Assembly (NCBI GenBank): GCA_964549395.1
Contig: CAZJVY010000006.1
Location: 6,972-70,971, forward strand
From: an uncultured Armatimonadia bacterium
Lineage (GTDB): Bacteria > Armatimonadota > Zipacnadia > Zipacnadales > UBA11051
DNA: 64,000 bases
Reading direction: 5' to 3'
In this document: positions 18,589-27,900 of the stretch, piece by piece
How positions within the stretch are numbered: the stretch's first letter is position 1
Layout: each line of letters starts with the position of its first letter
Notes under the pieces: model-generated
Database searches by the model: none
Seen by the model: only the letters and a program-made list of their open reading frames with translations
What the model was told of the DNA's origin: nothing
Made by a program: the position numbers and the translations under genes

Positions 18589-19794
18589 CTAACGCCCGAA
18601 GCAGTATATGGCGCCGTCGGAGCTTCCAATCACAAGCCTGCCGTCGGCAATGGCCGGACTGGCGGCGATCCTGGCGCCGGCGTTGAACTGCCAGACCTTG
18701 TGCCCCGTCGCCAGATCCAGAGCGTACAGCTTGCCGTCATCGCAGCCGAAGAAAACCCTATTGTCGGCAATTATAGGTGAGGAATCCACCTCATCACCGG
18801 CAGTGAAAACCCATCGCGTAGCGCCGGTGCCACGGTGTAACCTGAAGACCGTGTGATTGCGGGACGAGAAGATGACCGCATCGCCGGCCACTGCGGCCGA
18901 TGAATAGCTTGCGCCACGGTTCCTCGTCACCATTACTTTCCAGATGATCCTCCCATCTGCCAGCCGTACCGAGGCATACTCGCCCCCCATGCCCCCGACG
19001 AACACGCAGCCCGAGCCGTAGGCCGGTGAGGCCGCGAAGTTCGGGCCGATGTCGGCGGCGGTCCTCTGCCTGCCGGTGGCCAGGTCAATCATTCGCACCG
19101 CGCCGTCACATCCGGCGATGACTACGGTGTCGGACACAACGCAGGGGGAGCAGTGAACTTGGGCCTCGGACTTGAAGCTCCAGATCTTGCGACCCGTGGC
19201 CGCAGCCAGCTTGTACAGGTAGTTGTCGTAGGACCCGACCAGCACCGCCCCTGGGGCCGCCGTCGCAGATGACATGATCTTGTCACCTGTCCCGAACTTC
19301 CACACCAGCCGCCCGTTGCTGGCGTCAACTGCATAGAACGTTCCGCCCTCATCACCGATGTACACGCTATCTTCGGCCCGGCACGGTGAGGCACTGATCC
19401 TGTCGTCGGCTAGGAACTTCCACTTCAGCGTCCCATCTGTCACGCGCAATGCCAGCAGGGCGTTGGTCATGGTGCCCACGTAGGCGGTGTCGCCCACAAT
19501 CGCCGCAGTCGACTCGATGGACGAGCCTGTCTCATACGTCCACTGCAACCGCAGCGGGACAGACAGACTCTCCGATGTGTATCCCGACATCCGTGGCCCG
19601 CCACGGAACGAGGCCCAATCCATCGCCGGGGCAGCAATCGCCGCACCGCCGAGCGCCAGGAACAGGGCCAGCACCCCGATCTTACACACCACACGCACGC
19701 TGGACTGTCGTGTCTTCACATACAACGGCCCTACTCCTGCCTGAGAGCCGCGACGAGATTCCCTCGCACGGCGCTGTGTACGGCAATGGCGCAA
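18589..19794 (-). CDS. secreted PQQ-like / BamB-like beta-propeller repeat protein
   Basis: Signal peptide IGVLALFLALGGAAIAAPA then DWASFRGG. Repeated propeller blades. The true start is probably the GTG at 19719, because the Arg-rich N-terminus of the long ORF overlaps the upstream gene. Confidence 0.7.
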   Translation of the reverse strand: MRHCRTQRRARESRRGSQAGVGPLYVKTRQSSVRVVCKIGVLALFLALGGAAIAAPAMDWASFRGGPRMSGYTSESLSVPLRLQWTYETGSSIESTAAIVGDTAYVGTMTNALLALRVTDGTLKWKFLADDRISASPCRAEDSVYIGDEGGTFYAVDASNGRLVWKFGTGDKIMSSATAAPGAVLVGSYDNYLYKLAAATGRKIWSFKSEAQVHCSPCVVSDTVVIAGCDGAVRMIDLATGRQRTAADIGPNFAASPAYGSGCVFVGGMGGEYASVRLADGRIIWKVMVTRNRGASYSSAAVAGDAVIFSSRNHTVFRLHRGTGATRWVFTAGDEVDSSPIIADNRVFFGCDDGKLYALDLATGHKVWQFNAGARIAASPAIADGRLVIGSSDGAIYCFGR

Positions 19795-22700
19795 CTTACT
19801 AACCCGAATAGTAGTATACCCAGCAACACCCCGCTCAGAACATGCCAGTTCACGTGAGCCTGTGCCGACGCCAGGTGCGGCGCAACAGCGAGCAGTGCCA
19901 TGCCCGTACCCAGGAGCAATCCGGCCACCAGCAGGCCGCCGTTCTCCAGCAGCAGTACGCGAACCACTTTCGGGCGGTGGAAGCCCACTGCCAGCATCAG
20001 CGCCAGCTCCGACCTGCGCTCCAGAGCACTGCGCAGCAGCACGGTCACAAGGCCGGCAGTACCCAGCAACAGACCGAGGCCGCCCAGAGCCAGGAACATG
20101 GACAGATACGTGTTCTGTACCCCAATGAACTCGTTGAGTACCTCCCGTGTGGTTCGCACCCGCACTCCCATGTCTCCCAGATTCGTGCGCAGGATTGCGG
20201 CGATGTTGTCCTCACGCCCCGGCGGGACATCAAGCAGGAAGTAGCTTGGAGCACTCACCGACGGGAAGAGCGTGTGGAAACTGTCCTCGGATACCAGGAC
20301 CTCCCGCTGGAAGATGCTCCCTGGAAGCACTCCCACGAATCGCAGACTGACGGGCCTCAAGGTATCCGTCGGGATCTGATACGTCTTGCCCAGCCCCGAA
20401 TGCAGTGTCCACTGCACGCTGGCTGCGTCGCCGAAAGCCGGAATGGTGTCATCCGCTGCAGGCTGCTCCAGGAGGCTCCAGGGCTGGTCGGCGAAGCTGT
20501 CGCTCACAGTGCCCGGTGAGAAACCACCGCGTTGTATCATGGTGTGGGGGACGCCAAGGATGCGCGGGTGACTGGGGCGCGCGATGTTCAGGCAACTGAT
20601 GTCCTCTCCCTGGCTTGCCAGGAAAGACACGACCTTGACATCCGCGAAAGCCGCTTCGTCATCAGCCGAGAAGCCCAGGTTGCTCCGTCCTGCCGGCGTG
20701 CCCAGGTCGAAGGACAATGGGACCGATGAGGTGGCCTGCAGTTCGAAGCCTCCGGTGCCGGAACTCCGGTCCGTGGGGTCCATCCGCGAGAAATCGCGGG
20801 AATTGGCGGCGACGGCCACGATGACGAAGGTGGCGGCGGCGAGCAGGCCTATCACCAGCAGACTGCGGCTTGCGCTTGCCGCGGCGTTCCGTGCCGAGAA
20901 AGCCGGCAAGGAGCGGGTAGCACCCCTCAGGCGCAGTGTGCGGGACAGCAGCAGAGCGGATGCCGCCAGTGCTGCCAGCAGGAGTGCGAAGCCGATTCCG
21001 AAGAAAGCCACCTGCGGCGCGAGCACTCCCACAACCGCTAGCAGGCCCAGAGCAGGCGCTGCAGTCAATGTCAATATGAGTAGGAACACCACCCGTCTGC
21101 TGCTTGGTCGCACCACAGATACGGCCATTCCACGCCACCCGCCAAGGAGTTCCAGAACCTCCAGACGACCGAGGTGCCGTGCACTCCAAAACGTAGTGAG
21201 CAGCCCGATAACCAGACCTGAGACGGCGCCGGTAACGATGCTGCCAGCCGTCACGTGCAGCCACAGGGATGGAGCCGCACCCAGAGCCCCGCTCCACCAG
21301 CTAGTGAGGGCGTGTATGATGCCGGCCGCATACAGCAGCCCTGCCGGGACCCCGGCCGCCATCCCCAGCACGGTCAGGATTGCACCTTCGGCGAAGATTG
21401 CTCTCTTGACGAGAGCAGGGGGCACGCCGGTGGCCAACATGATCCCGACCTGTGACGCCCGCCGGTCAATTGAGAGGCGCAGCAGCATTCCCCCGAGACC
21501 GGCACCGGATAGCACCAGGAACATGCTCAGGCCCAGGAGAAGCTGGCCGAAATCCGAGGTGCCCTGTGCCGCCCTCAGCGCCAGCTTACGCACCGGACGG
21601 AAGACAAGCCCTTCAGCAGGCGGGGGCGTGCGTTTCATCAGCATCTTGGTGAACAGCTTGCCGAACTTGCCCAGTGTGGTATCCGGCGGTGGCACCATGC
21701 GGATTGAGGTCACCCAGTCGGCTTCGGATCCCTGCGGGCCGCTCTGCCACATCGCGCGTGCCGTATCGGGGCTTACAAAGCCTCTGGGAGTTGCCCTGTA
21801 CCTGTCCCAGTACTCCTCATCGCGGTCGGTGATGCGGCTGAAATCCACCGGGAATGGCGGGTCCCATTCGCCGATGCGAGCCGCATCGGTAATGCCCTCG
21901 AAGTCGGGCACCAGGGTGGGATCGGCGGCCGGCCCCGCCATCTCCACTATGCCCGTTACGGTGAGCTCCGTGTGCGCGGTCGGGTATGTGCCATCCTCCG
22001 TCGGGACCATGTATGTCAGGCGCAGGCGGTCGCCTACTGCGGCCTGGAGGTCTTCAGCCGCCCACGTATTGAGCCAGATGCCGCCCGGCTGCGGCCGCTT
22101 GCCGCTCCCGGCGCGCAATGTGAACGGCTGCAGCGGCTTCAGGCCTGCGATCATCGCATAGGCCGACTCCCTGCCACCGACTCCGTCAGCCCTGGTGATG
22201 GCCGTCGCCAGATAGACTGAAGCAGGAGTACTGCGTGCGTCGCAGCCGGCAGCCGCGCGGATTGCCGACTCGACCTGTCCTTCGGAAAGCAGGATGCCGT
22301 CGCCTACGAGTGATATGCAGTTGTGTCGAGCGTCGGGAACCAGCTTCAGTCCGAGGTCGGCGAGCGTGCGACCGCCTACTACCGCGTCAATCAGATCCCT
22401 CGCTGCTTCGGGTTGCGCCTCCGGTGCCACTGACGCGACGAGGACATTCATGGAATCTTGTTTGCCGAGGCGGTCGGCGAGCCACTGCCTGCCAATGAAT
22501 ACATTGCGCGGCGCTGCACTTTGGGCGTCCAGGCGGAAGTCACCCGCTCCTCCTGCAGGCAATATGTACTCGACCTGCACCCTCATCATCGGTGCAACGT
22601 GCTGTTTGTCGCGGCGGGCAAAGAGCGTTTCAGTTGATATCGCGCTCCGCTTGTGCACGGTCAGGAGAAGATAGTCGCCTTCGCGCAGACTGAGATCCCT

Positions 22701-23126
22701 GGCGAGGGCGGCGTTGACGGCACAGGCCCGACCGGAGAGCTCGGGCGTCTGGGGGAGATCGTAGAAGCTCCAGAAGCTGTCCTCTACGCCCCACACACTC
22801 ACATCGGGGACCGTGGCCTCCGTAGCGGGGTTGCGTGCCGCGCCGTTTGATGTGAGTAGAGCGGACAGGTTGCGAATGGACGCCGCTGCCGGTTGCGCGC
22901 GTATGTCATCCGCGAACTGCCGGCGGAGGTACCGGGGTGCCGTCATAGCATAGTCAATCCTACCGAGTCGCGCCAGAGCCGTATCGCGCAGGCTGCCACG
23001 CACCGAATCGCCGATGAGTAGCGAGCCGGTGATGACCGCAGTGGCCACACCGAGCCCGAAGACGACCACAATGCCTGTCTGCCAGTAGTACGCAAGGCTG
23101 CGGGAGATGAGGCTTCTCAGATTCAC
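19731..23126 (-). CDS. ABC transporter permease, MacB/FtsX-like with duplicated FtsX domains and large extracytoplasmic domains
   Basis: 1131 aa with multiple TM clusters. Translationally coupled to the upstream ABC ATPase gene. Confidence 0.65.
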   Translation of the reverse strand: MNLRSLISRSLAYYWQTGIVVVFGLGVATAVITGSLLIGDSVRGSLRDTALARLGRIDYAMTAPRYLRRQFADDIRAQPAAASIRNLSALLTSNGAARNPATEATVPDVSVWGVEDSFWSFYDLPQTPELSGRACAVNAALARDLSLREGDYLLLTVHKRSAISTETLFARRDKQHVAPMMRVQVEYILPAGGAGDFRLDAQSAAPRNVFIGRQWLADRLGKQDSMNVLVASVAPEAQPEAARDLIDAVVGGRTLADLGLKLVPDARHNCISLVGDGILLSEGQVESAIRAAAGCDARSTPASVYLATAITRADGVGGRESAYAMIAGLKPLQPFTLRAGSGKRPQPGGIWLNTWAAEDLQAAVGDRLRLTYMVPTEDGTYPTAHTELTVTGIVEMAGPAADPTLVPDFEGITDAARIGEWDPPFPVDFSRITDRDEEYWDRYRATPRGFVSPDTARAMWQSGPQGSEADWVTSIRMVPPPDTTLGKFGKLFTKMLMKRTPPPAEGLVFRPVRKLALRAAQGTSDFGQLLLGLSMFLVLSGAGLGGMLLRLSIDRRASQVGIMLATGVPPALVKRAIFAEGAILTVLGMAAGVPAGLLYAAGIIHALTSWWSGALGAAPSLWLHVTAGSIVTGAVSGLVIGLLTTFWSARHLGRLEVLELLGGWRGMAVSVVRPSSRRVVFLLILTLTAAPALGLLAVVGVLAPQVAFFGIGFALLLAALAASALLLSRTLRLRGATRSLPAFSARNAAASASRSLLVIGLLAAATFVIVAVAANSRDFSRMDPTDRSSGTGGFELQATSSVPLSFDLGTPAGRSNLGFSADDEAAFADVKVVSFLASQGEDISCLNIARPSHPRILGVPHTMIQRGGFSPGTVSDSFADQPWSLLEQPAADDTIPAFGDAASVQWTLHSGLGKTYQIPTDTLRPVSLRFVGVLPGSIFQREVLVSEDSFHTLFPSVSAPSYFLLDVPPGREDNIAAILRTNLGDMGVRVRTTREVLNEFIGVQNTYLSMFLALGGLGLLLGTAGLVTVLLRSALERRSELALMLAVGFHRPKVVRVLLLENGGLLVAGLLLGTGMALLAVAPHLASAQAHVNWHVLSGVLLGILLFGLVSCAIAVHSAVRGNLVAALRQE

Positions 23127-23839
23127 TGCCGTCCGACCTCTGTCTCTGCGGTATCCACGGGTGCAAGGCTGCCGTCACGCAGTTGCAGGCAGCGGCCGAA
23201 CCGCGACGCCTGCTCCAGGTTGTGGGTGACCATCAGCACTGTAACGCCCTGCTGCTCGGCCAGCTCCAGCAGCAGAGACACGACCGTCTGCCCGGTGTGG
23301 CGGTCGAGGTTGCCCGTCGGTTCATCACACAACAGCAGGTGGGCATCGTTTATCAACGCTCTGGCGACGGCAACTCTCTGGCGCTCCCCTCCCGAAAGCT
23401 GTGCGGGGAAGGCGTCTTGCCGGTCTGCAAGGCCGACGCGCTCGATCAGCCGCGTGGCCCTCGCATCGGCCTCCTTGCCTCCGGCATTCGCCAGCGTGGG
23501 CAGCAACACGTTCTCAACGGCCGTCAACTGGGGCAGCAGATGATGATCCTGGAAGACAAACCCCACTTGCGATGCGCGGAATGAAGCCAGTGCCTTGCCG
23601 TGCAGAGCGGTTACCTCGGTGTCACCGAGGCGTACCCGTCCTGATGTCGGTTTGTCCAGTGCTCCGGTAATGTTGAGTAGCGTGCTCTTGCCTGAACCTG
23701 AGGGCCCCACGACGGCCACGGTCTCACCAACACTGATCTGGCAGGAAACACCGTCCAGCACCGTGAGATCCGGCCCTCCCGCAATCGGGAACCGTTTCGT
23801 GATTTCCTGCAGAACGAGACCCTCTGCCGGACCTGTCAT
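23123..23839 (-). CDS. ABC transporter ATP-binding protein (LolD/MacB-type)
   Basis: Walker A GPSGSGKST, signature LSGGERQRVAVARAL, Walker B LLLCDEPTGNLD. Start placed at MTGPAEG (23839). Confidence 0.85.
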   Translation of the reverse strand: MTGPAEGLVLQEITKRFPIAGGPDLTVLDGVSCQISVGETVAVVGPSGSGKSTLLNITGALDKPTSGRVRLGDTEVTALHGKALASFRASQVGFVFQDHHLLPQLTAVENVLLPTLANAGGKEADARATRLIERVGLADRQDAFPAQLSGGERQRVAVARALINDAHLLLCDEPTGNLDRHTGQTVVSLLLELAEQQGVTVLMVTHNLEQASRFGRCLQLRDGSLAPVDTAETEVGRQ

Positions 23840-25407
23840 AGTAGCTCCTTGCGCAGGGCGAGTGCGGCCGTGGGGCAGGCCTCGGCACATTCGCGGGCCA
23901 CCTTCTCCAGCCCTGCTGCCAGTGTTTCGTTGAACGGTACTCCCACCACTATGTCGAATCCCCTGCCAACGAATGTGAGGCCCAGTCGCTCACGGGCGCT
24001 TTCTGCAATCTGCACGCACAGGCCGCAGGCGATACACTTGCCCGGCTCGTACACCAGGATGGGGTGAGTTGTCTCGCGCTGGAACGTCCGCCGGCCTTCC
24101 TTGTAGCGGGTAACGCTGGCATCGTAGGCGGTTGCCCACTTGCGCAGCTTACAGTCATCCTGCCCTACGCAATCGCAGTGCAGACAGCGCCTTGCCTCGT
24201 GTCCCGCTTCAGCATCGGAGAAGCCTGCTTGCTCGCCGCCAACGGGCGCAACCCGGTCATGCTCGGGAATGCCGGACGCAAACGCGCGCAATTCGTGCTC
24301 CTCTAACCGCCCAATGTGGACGGTATAGGGCCGCCCTGCGCCCCTGGCCTCCTCACCGGCCAGATAGCGGCAGATGGCAACTGCCGCCGACCTGCCGCTG
24401 CCAACAGCGCGCACGGCGTGCCGCGAAGGCGACAGCGCCGAGCCCGCCGCGAACACCTCCGGCGTCTCGGCCATGTGCGAATTGCGGTCAGCCTGCAGGC
24501 CTCTGCCGGACATGCTCAGGCCCAGGTCACCTGCAGCATCCCGCGACATCTCACCCGTTGCTACCAGAATGGCATCGGATTCCCCGCGCAGATCGTCTAT
24601 CGAGACATGCCGACCGACATGGACGCCGGTGCGGAGCTCCGCACCTAGTTGCAGAACGCGCTCTATCTCCGCGCCAAGGACATCGCGCGGCAGGACGTCC
24701 TCGGGAACGCCGTAGCGCAGCATGCCGCCCGGCTCCTCGTGGTCGTCAATGATCGTGCAGCCGTGTCCTGCCTGCATCAAGTAGTATGCAGCCGTGAGAC
24801 CCGCCGGACCGGCGCCGATTATGCCCACGTGCTTGCCGGTCGGCGGGCGGCACTCCGGCCGGTAGGGCTGTGCCGCAGCCAGATCCCAGTCGCCCACGTA
24901 CCGCTTCACCAGGCGTATGCCGACCGGACTATCCAGGTCTCCGCGCCGGCAGCCCTTCTCGCACAGCTCCGGACAGATCCGCCCCAAGGTAGCGGGAAAG
25001 GGAATGTGCTGCTTCACGGTCGCAGCTGCCTCCGCGATGCGCCCTGCGGCAACGAGTCTCAGCATCCTCGGGATGTCCATGTGTGCAGGGCAGATGCTTT
25101 GACAGGGACCTATGCAGTCACCCAGGTGATTCCCCAGCAGCAGCTCCAGCGCGTTGCGTCGTGCCGCCTTGACCTTTTCGCTCTCGCTTTCCACCACCAT
25201 GCCGTCGGTGGCCTCCGTGGCGCAGGCCGGCACCAGCCGCTCAGCCCCGTTCACTCTCACCACACATACCATGCAGGATGTCGGCGGCTTGCAGCCTTGC
25301 ACAAAGCACAGCGTGGGTATCTCGATGCCTAGCTTCCGGGCCGCGTCCAGAACGGTCGCACCCGCTTCGACTTCTACCTCCCGGCCATCTATGGTAAGCT
25401 TCGGCAT
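23836..25407 (-). CDS. FeS-flavoprotein: NuoG-N-terminal-type [2Fe-2S]/[4Fe-4S] domains fused to a GltD-like FAD/NAD(P)-binding domain plus C-terminal ferredoxin (StnA-like)
   Basis: MPKLTIDGREVEV...TLCF [2Fe-2S] start. HLGDCIGPCQSICP His-ligated cluster motif. GIIGAGPAGLTAAYYL dinucleotide fold. C-terminal CIACGLCVQIA. Confidence 0.65.
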   Translation of the reverse strand: MPKLTIDGREVEVEAGATVLDAARKLGIEIPTLCFVQGCKPPTSCMVCVVRVNGAERLVPACATEATDGMVVESESEKVKAARRNALELLLGNHLGDCIGPCQSICPAHMDIPRMLRLVAAGRIAEAAATVKQHIPFPATLGRICPELCEKGCRRGDLDSPVGIRLVKRYVGDWDLAAAQPYRPECRPPTGKHVGIIGAGPAGLTAAYYLMQAGHGCTIIDDHEEPGGMLRYGVPEDVLPRDVLGAEIERVLQLGAELRTGVHVGRHVSIDDLRGESDAILVATGEMSRDAAGDLGLSMSGRGLQADRNSHMAETPEVFAAGSALSPSRHAVRAVGSGRSAAVAICRYLAGEEARGAGRPYTVHIGRLEEHELRAFASGIPEHDRVAPVGGEQAGFSDAEAGHEARRCLHCDCVGQDDCKLRKWATAYDASVTRYKEGRRTFQRETTHPILVYEPGKCIACGLCVQIAESARERLGLTFVGRGFDIVVGVPFNETLAAGLEKVARECAEACPTAALALRKELL

Positions 25408-25410
25408 AGG

Positions 25411-27900
25411 CTATTCAACCATTACCGCATCAACCGGACAGACCTGCCGGCAGGTGTCGCAGCGGATGCACTTCTCGGCATCAATTTCGTGTTGCTGGTA
25501 CGGTTCCATTGCGATGGCCTGCGCCGGGCAGTGCTGGGCACACCTGGTGCAGCCGATGCACTTATCGGTGATGCGATAGGTGATGAGCGCCCGGCATCTC
25601 CCGGCCGGACATCTGCCCTCCAGATGCGCCTCGTACTCATCCCGGAAATAGCGCAGCGTCGTGAGAACGGGGTTCGGCGCGGTCTGACCGAGGCCGCACA
25701 AGCTCGTCGTCTTGACCATCAGCGCCAGTTCTTCCAGCTTCTCGAGGTCGTCCTGTTTGCCCTGGCCGGTGCAGATCCTCTCCATGATGTCCAGCATCCT
25801 GCGCGTGCCCACTCGACAGGGGGTGCACTTGCCGCACGATTCCCGCTGCGTGAACTCCAGGAAGTAGCGGGCGACATCGAGCATGCAGTCGCTGTCATCG
25901 AGGACCACTAGCCCGCCGGATCCCATGATGGCGCCGGCACCCACCAGTTCCTCATAGTCAACAGGCATGCCGGCCAGCTCGGCGGGTATGCAACCGCCGG
26001 AGGGGCCGCCGATCTGCACCGCCTTGAAGCGGCGGCCCTCACCGACACCTCCGCCGATCCGCTCCACAATCTCGCGGATCGTGATGCCCATAGGCACCTC
26101 GATGAGGCCGCCTCGCTTCACTTTTCCCGTTAGGGAGAAGACCTTCGTGCCCTTGCTGTGTCGGGTGCCGAATTCGGTAAATGCCTCCGGGCCGTTGCGG
26201 ATGATGAATGGCACCAGGGCGAGGGTCTCCACGTTATTCACGCATGTGGGGCGGCCCCACAAGCCGCTCTGAGCGGGGTAGGGAGGACGCAGATGTGGGC
26301 TGCCCCGGCGGCCCTCTATCGAGGCTATCAGCCCGGTCTCCTCCCCGCAAACGAACGCCCCCGCACCCTCCATGATGCTCAGACGAAGCCCGAAGTCGCT
26401 GCCGAAGGGATCATCCCCCAGCAGCCCCTGCTCCTCGCATATCTGGATCGCTTCCCATACCCGCCTTACAGCCAGGGCGTACTCGGTTCGTATGTACAGC
26501 AGGCCCTCGCGCGCTCCCACGGCATAGGCCGCGATTGCCATGCCCTCCAGCACCCGGAACGGATACGACTCCAGCAGCATCCGGTCCATGAAGGCCCCGG
26601 GATCGCCCTCGTCCCCGTTGCAGATGATGTACTTCACGTCTCCGGGCGCATCAGCCACCGCTCGCCACTTGGGGCCGGTCGGGAAGCCTGCCCCACCACG
26701 TCCGCGCAGGCCGGATGCGGCCACAGTCTCGATCACCTGGTCCCGCGTCAACTCCGATACGCACGTGCGCAGCGCCTCAAAGCCGTTGTGGTGAAGATAC
26801 TCCCCGATGTCCAGTGGGCCGGCCGTGCCGTGCAGTTCTGTAGCAATGTGCTTCTGCGCGTTCAGAAATGCCGACACGCTGTCGCCGTGTACATCCAGTG
26901 CCTGGCGCGTCACCGGCTTCCAGGACTGGTCGGTGAGAATCTGTTCGAGCGCCTGGTCAACCGTTGTCCTTATCTTGCGAAGCAGCCCGCGCGGCCGGAA
27001 GTGGTGGCGAATGACGGCCTCCGCATCCTCAGGCTGGACGCGTGCATAGAGTGCGGGCGCCTCTCCAGGCACCAGCACCTCGACAAGCGGCGTCTGATGG
27101 CACATGCCCACACATCCGACCGGCTTGACCACGGCCGGCGCTCCCAGTGCGTCCAGCGCCTCCTGCATCGCGACTAGCACATCCATGCTGCCACTGGCAA
27201 TGCAGCACGAGCCCACGCCGATGCGGACTTCCGCCACGCCCTCTGCCGGCGCGTCTGCTGATGCCGGGTGGCGCTCCAGGGCGCCGCGCCGCCGCAGTTC
27301 CAGAAAGTCCGTGACCATCTGCGGGACGCCGTCTGGCGTCAGATGGCCGTATGTCACGCCGTCAATCTGGACCACTGGCGCAAGAGTGCAGCAACCCAGG
27401 CAGTCCACCCGCTGAACGGTGAACAGGCCGTCCTGCGTCGTGTCGGCTCCCTCGTCGAGGCCGAGGTGTCTGCTCAGCGCCTCGCTTATCAGAGACGCGC
27501 CCTTGACGTGGCAGGCCGTGCCGTGGCACACGCTGATCAGATGCCGGCCGACGGGACTGTGCCGGAAGCGCGAATAGAAAGTGGAAACGCCGGTGATGGC
27601 CGCGGGGGTAATCTCCGTAATCTCACAGACGCGGCGCAGGGCTTCCTGCGGCAAGTAGCGATAGTGACCTTGCAGGGCCTGGAGAATGGGGATGACGGCG
27701 TCCAGCTCGCGCCCCAGTTCCTCGACGATCTCATCAACGAAGTCCAGATCGAGCGCTTCCTCGTCAGGGGGTGCATTATCATCGCATGGTACGGGGGCGC
27801 TGTCGAAACCGGCAGGGGCTGAGGTGGACGTATCCGAACACTCGGTAGTCCCTTCAACTGTGTAGCCGTCTGATGCCTCTGGTGGCACGCTTCCATTCAT
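25411..27900 (-). CDS. NuoE-like [2Fe-2S] thioredoxin-like domain fused to NuoF-like FMN/NADH-binding 51-kDa domain with two C-terminal [4Fe-4S] ferredoxin motifs (HydB/StnC/FdhB-like)
   Basis: CHGTAC...CLGCC NuoE motif. Second thioredoxin-like SCCIASGS...GCVGMC. GRGGAGFPTG...CNGDEGDPGAF NuoF signature. SCGKCTPCRVG cluster. CIGCTRCAQHCP and CIRCDTCRQVCP. Confidence 0.75.
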   Translation of the reverse strand: MNGSVPPEASDGYTVEGTTECSDTSTSAPAGFDSAPVPCDDNAPPDEEALDLDFVDEIVEELGRELDAVIPILQALQGHYRYLPQEALRRVCEITEITPAAITGVSTFYSRFRHSPVGRHLISVCHGTACHVKGASLISEALSRHLGLDEGADTTQDGLFTVQRVDCLGCCTLAPVVQIDGVTYGHLTPDGVPQMVTDFLELRRRGALERHPASADAPAEGVAEVRIGVGSCCIASGSMDVLVAMQEALDALGAPAVVKPVGCVGMCHQTPLVEVLVPGEAPALYARVQPEDAEAVIRHHFRPRGLLRKIRTTVDQALEQILTDQSWKPVTRQALDVHGDSVSAFLNAQKHIATELHGTAGPLDIGEYLHHNGFEALRTCVSELTRDQVIETVAASGLRGRGGAGFPTGPKWRAVADAPGDVKYIICNGDEGDPGAFMDRMLLESYPFRVLEGMAIAAYAVGAREGLLYIRTEYALAVRRVWEAIQICEEQGLLGDDPFGSDFGLRLSIMEGAGAFVCGEETGLIASIEGRRGSPHLRPPYPAQSGLWGRPTCVNNVETLALVPFIIRNGPEAFTEFGTRHSKGTKVFSLTGKVKRGGLIEVPMGITIREIVERIGGGVGEGRRFKAVQIGGPSGGCIPAELAGMPVDYEELVGAGAIMGSGGLVVLDDSDCMLDVARYFLEFTQRESCGKCTPCRVGTRRMLDIMERICTGQGKQDDLEKLEELALMVKTTSLCGLGQTAPNPVLTTLRYFRDEYEAHLEGRCPAGRCRALITYRITDKCIGCTRCAQHCPAQAIAMEPYQQHEIDAEKCIRCDTCRQVCPVDAVMVE

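Noticed and set aside
17271-19794. Interpreting the PQQ-repeat proteins as genuine PQQ-dependent dehydrogenases (quinoproteins).
   Set aside because: The propellers are only about 370 aa (BamB-like size). Catalytic PQQ dehydrogenases are about 550-600 aa with additional conserved features. The repeat motif alone does not imply a PQQ cofactor.
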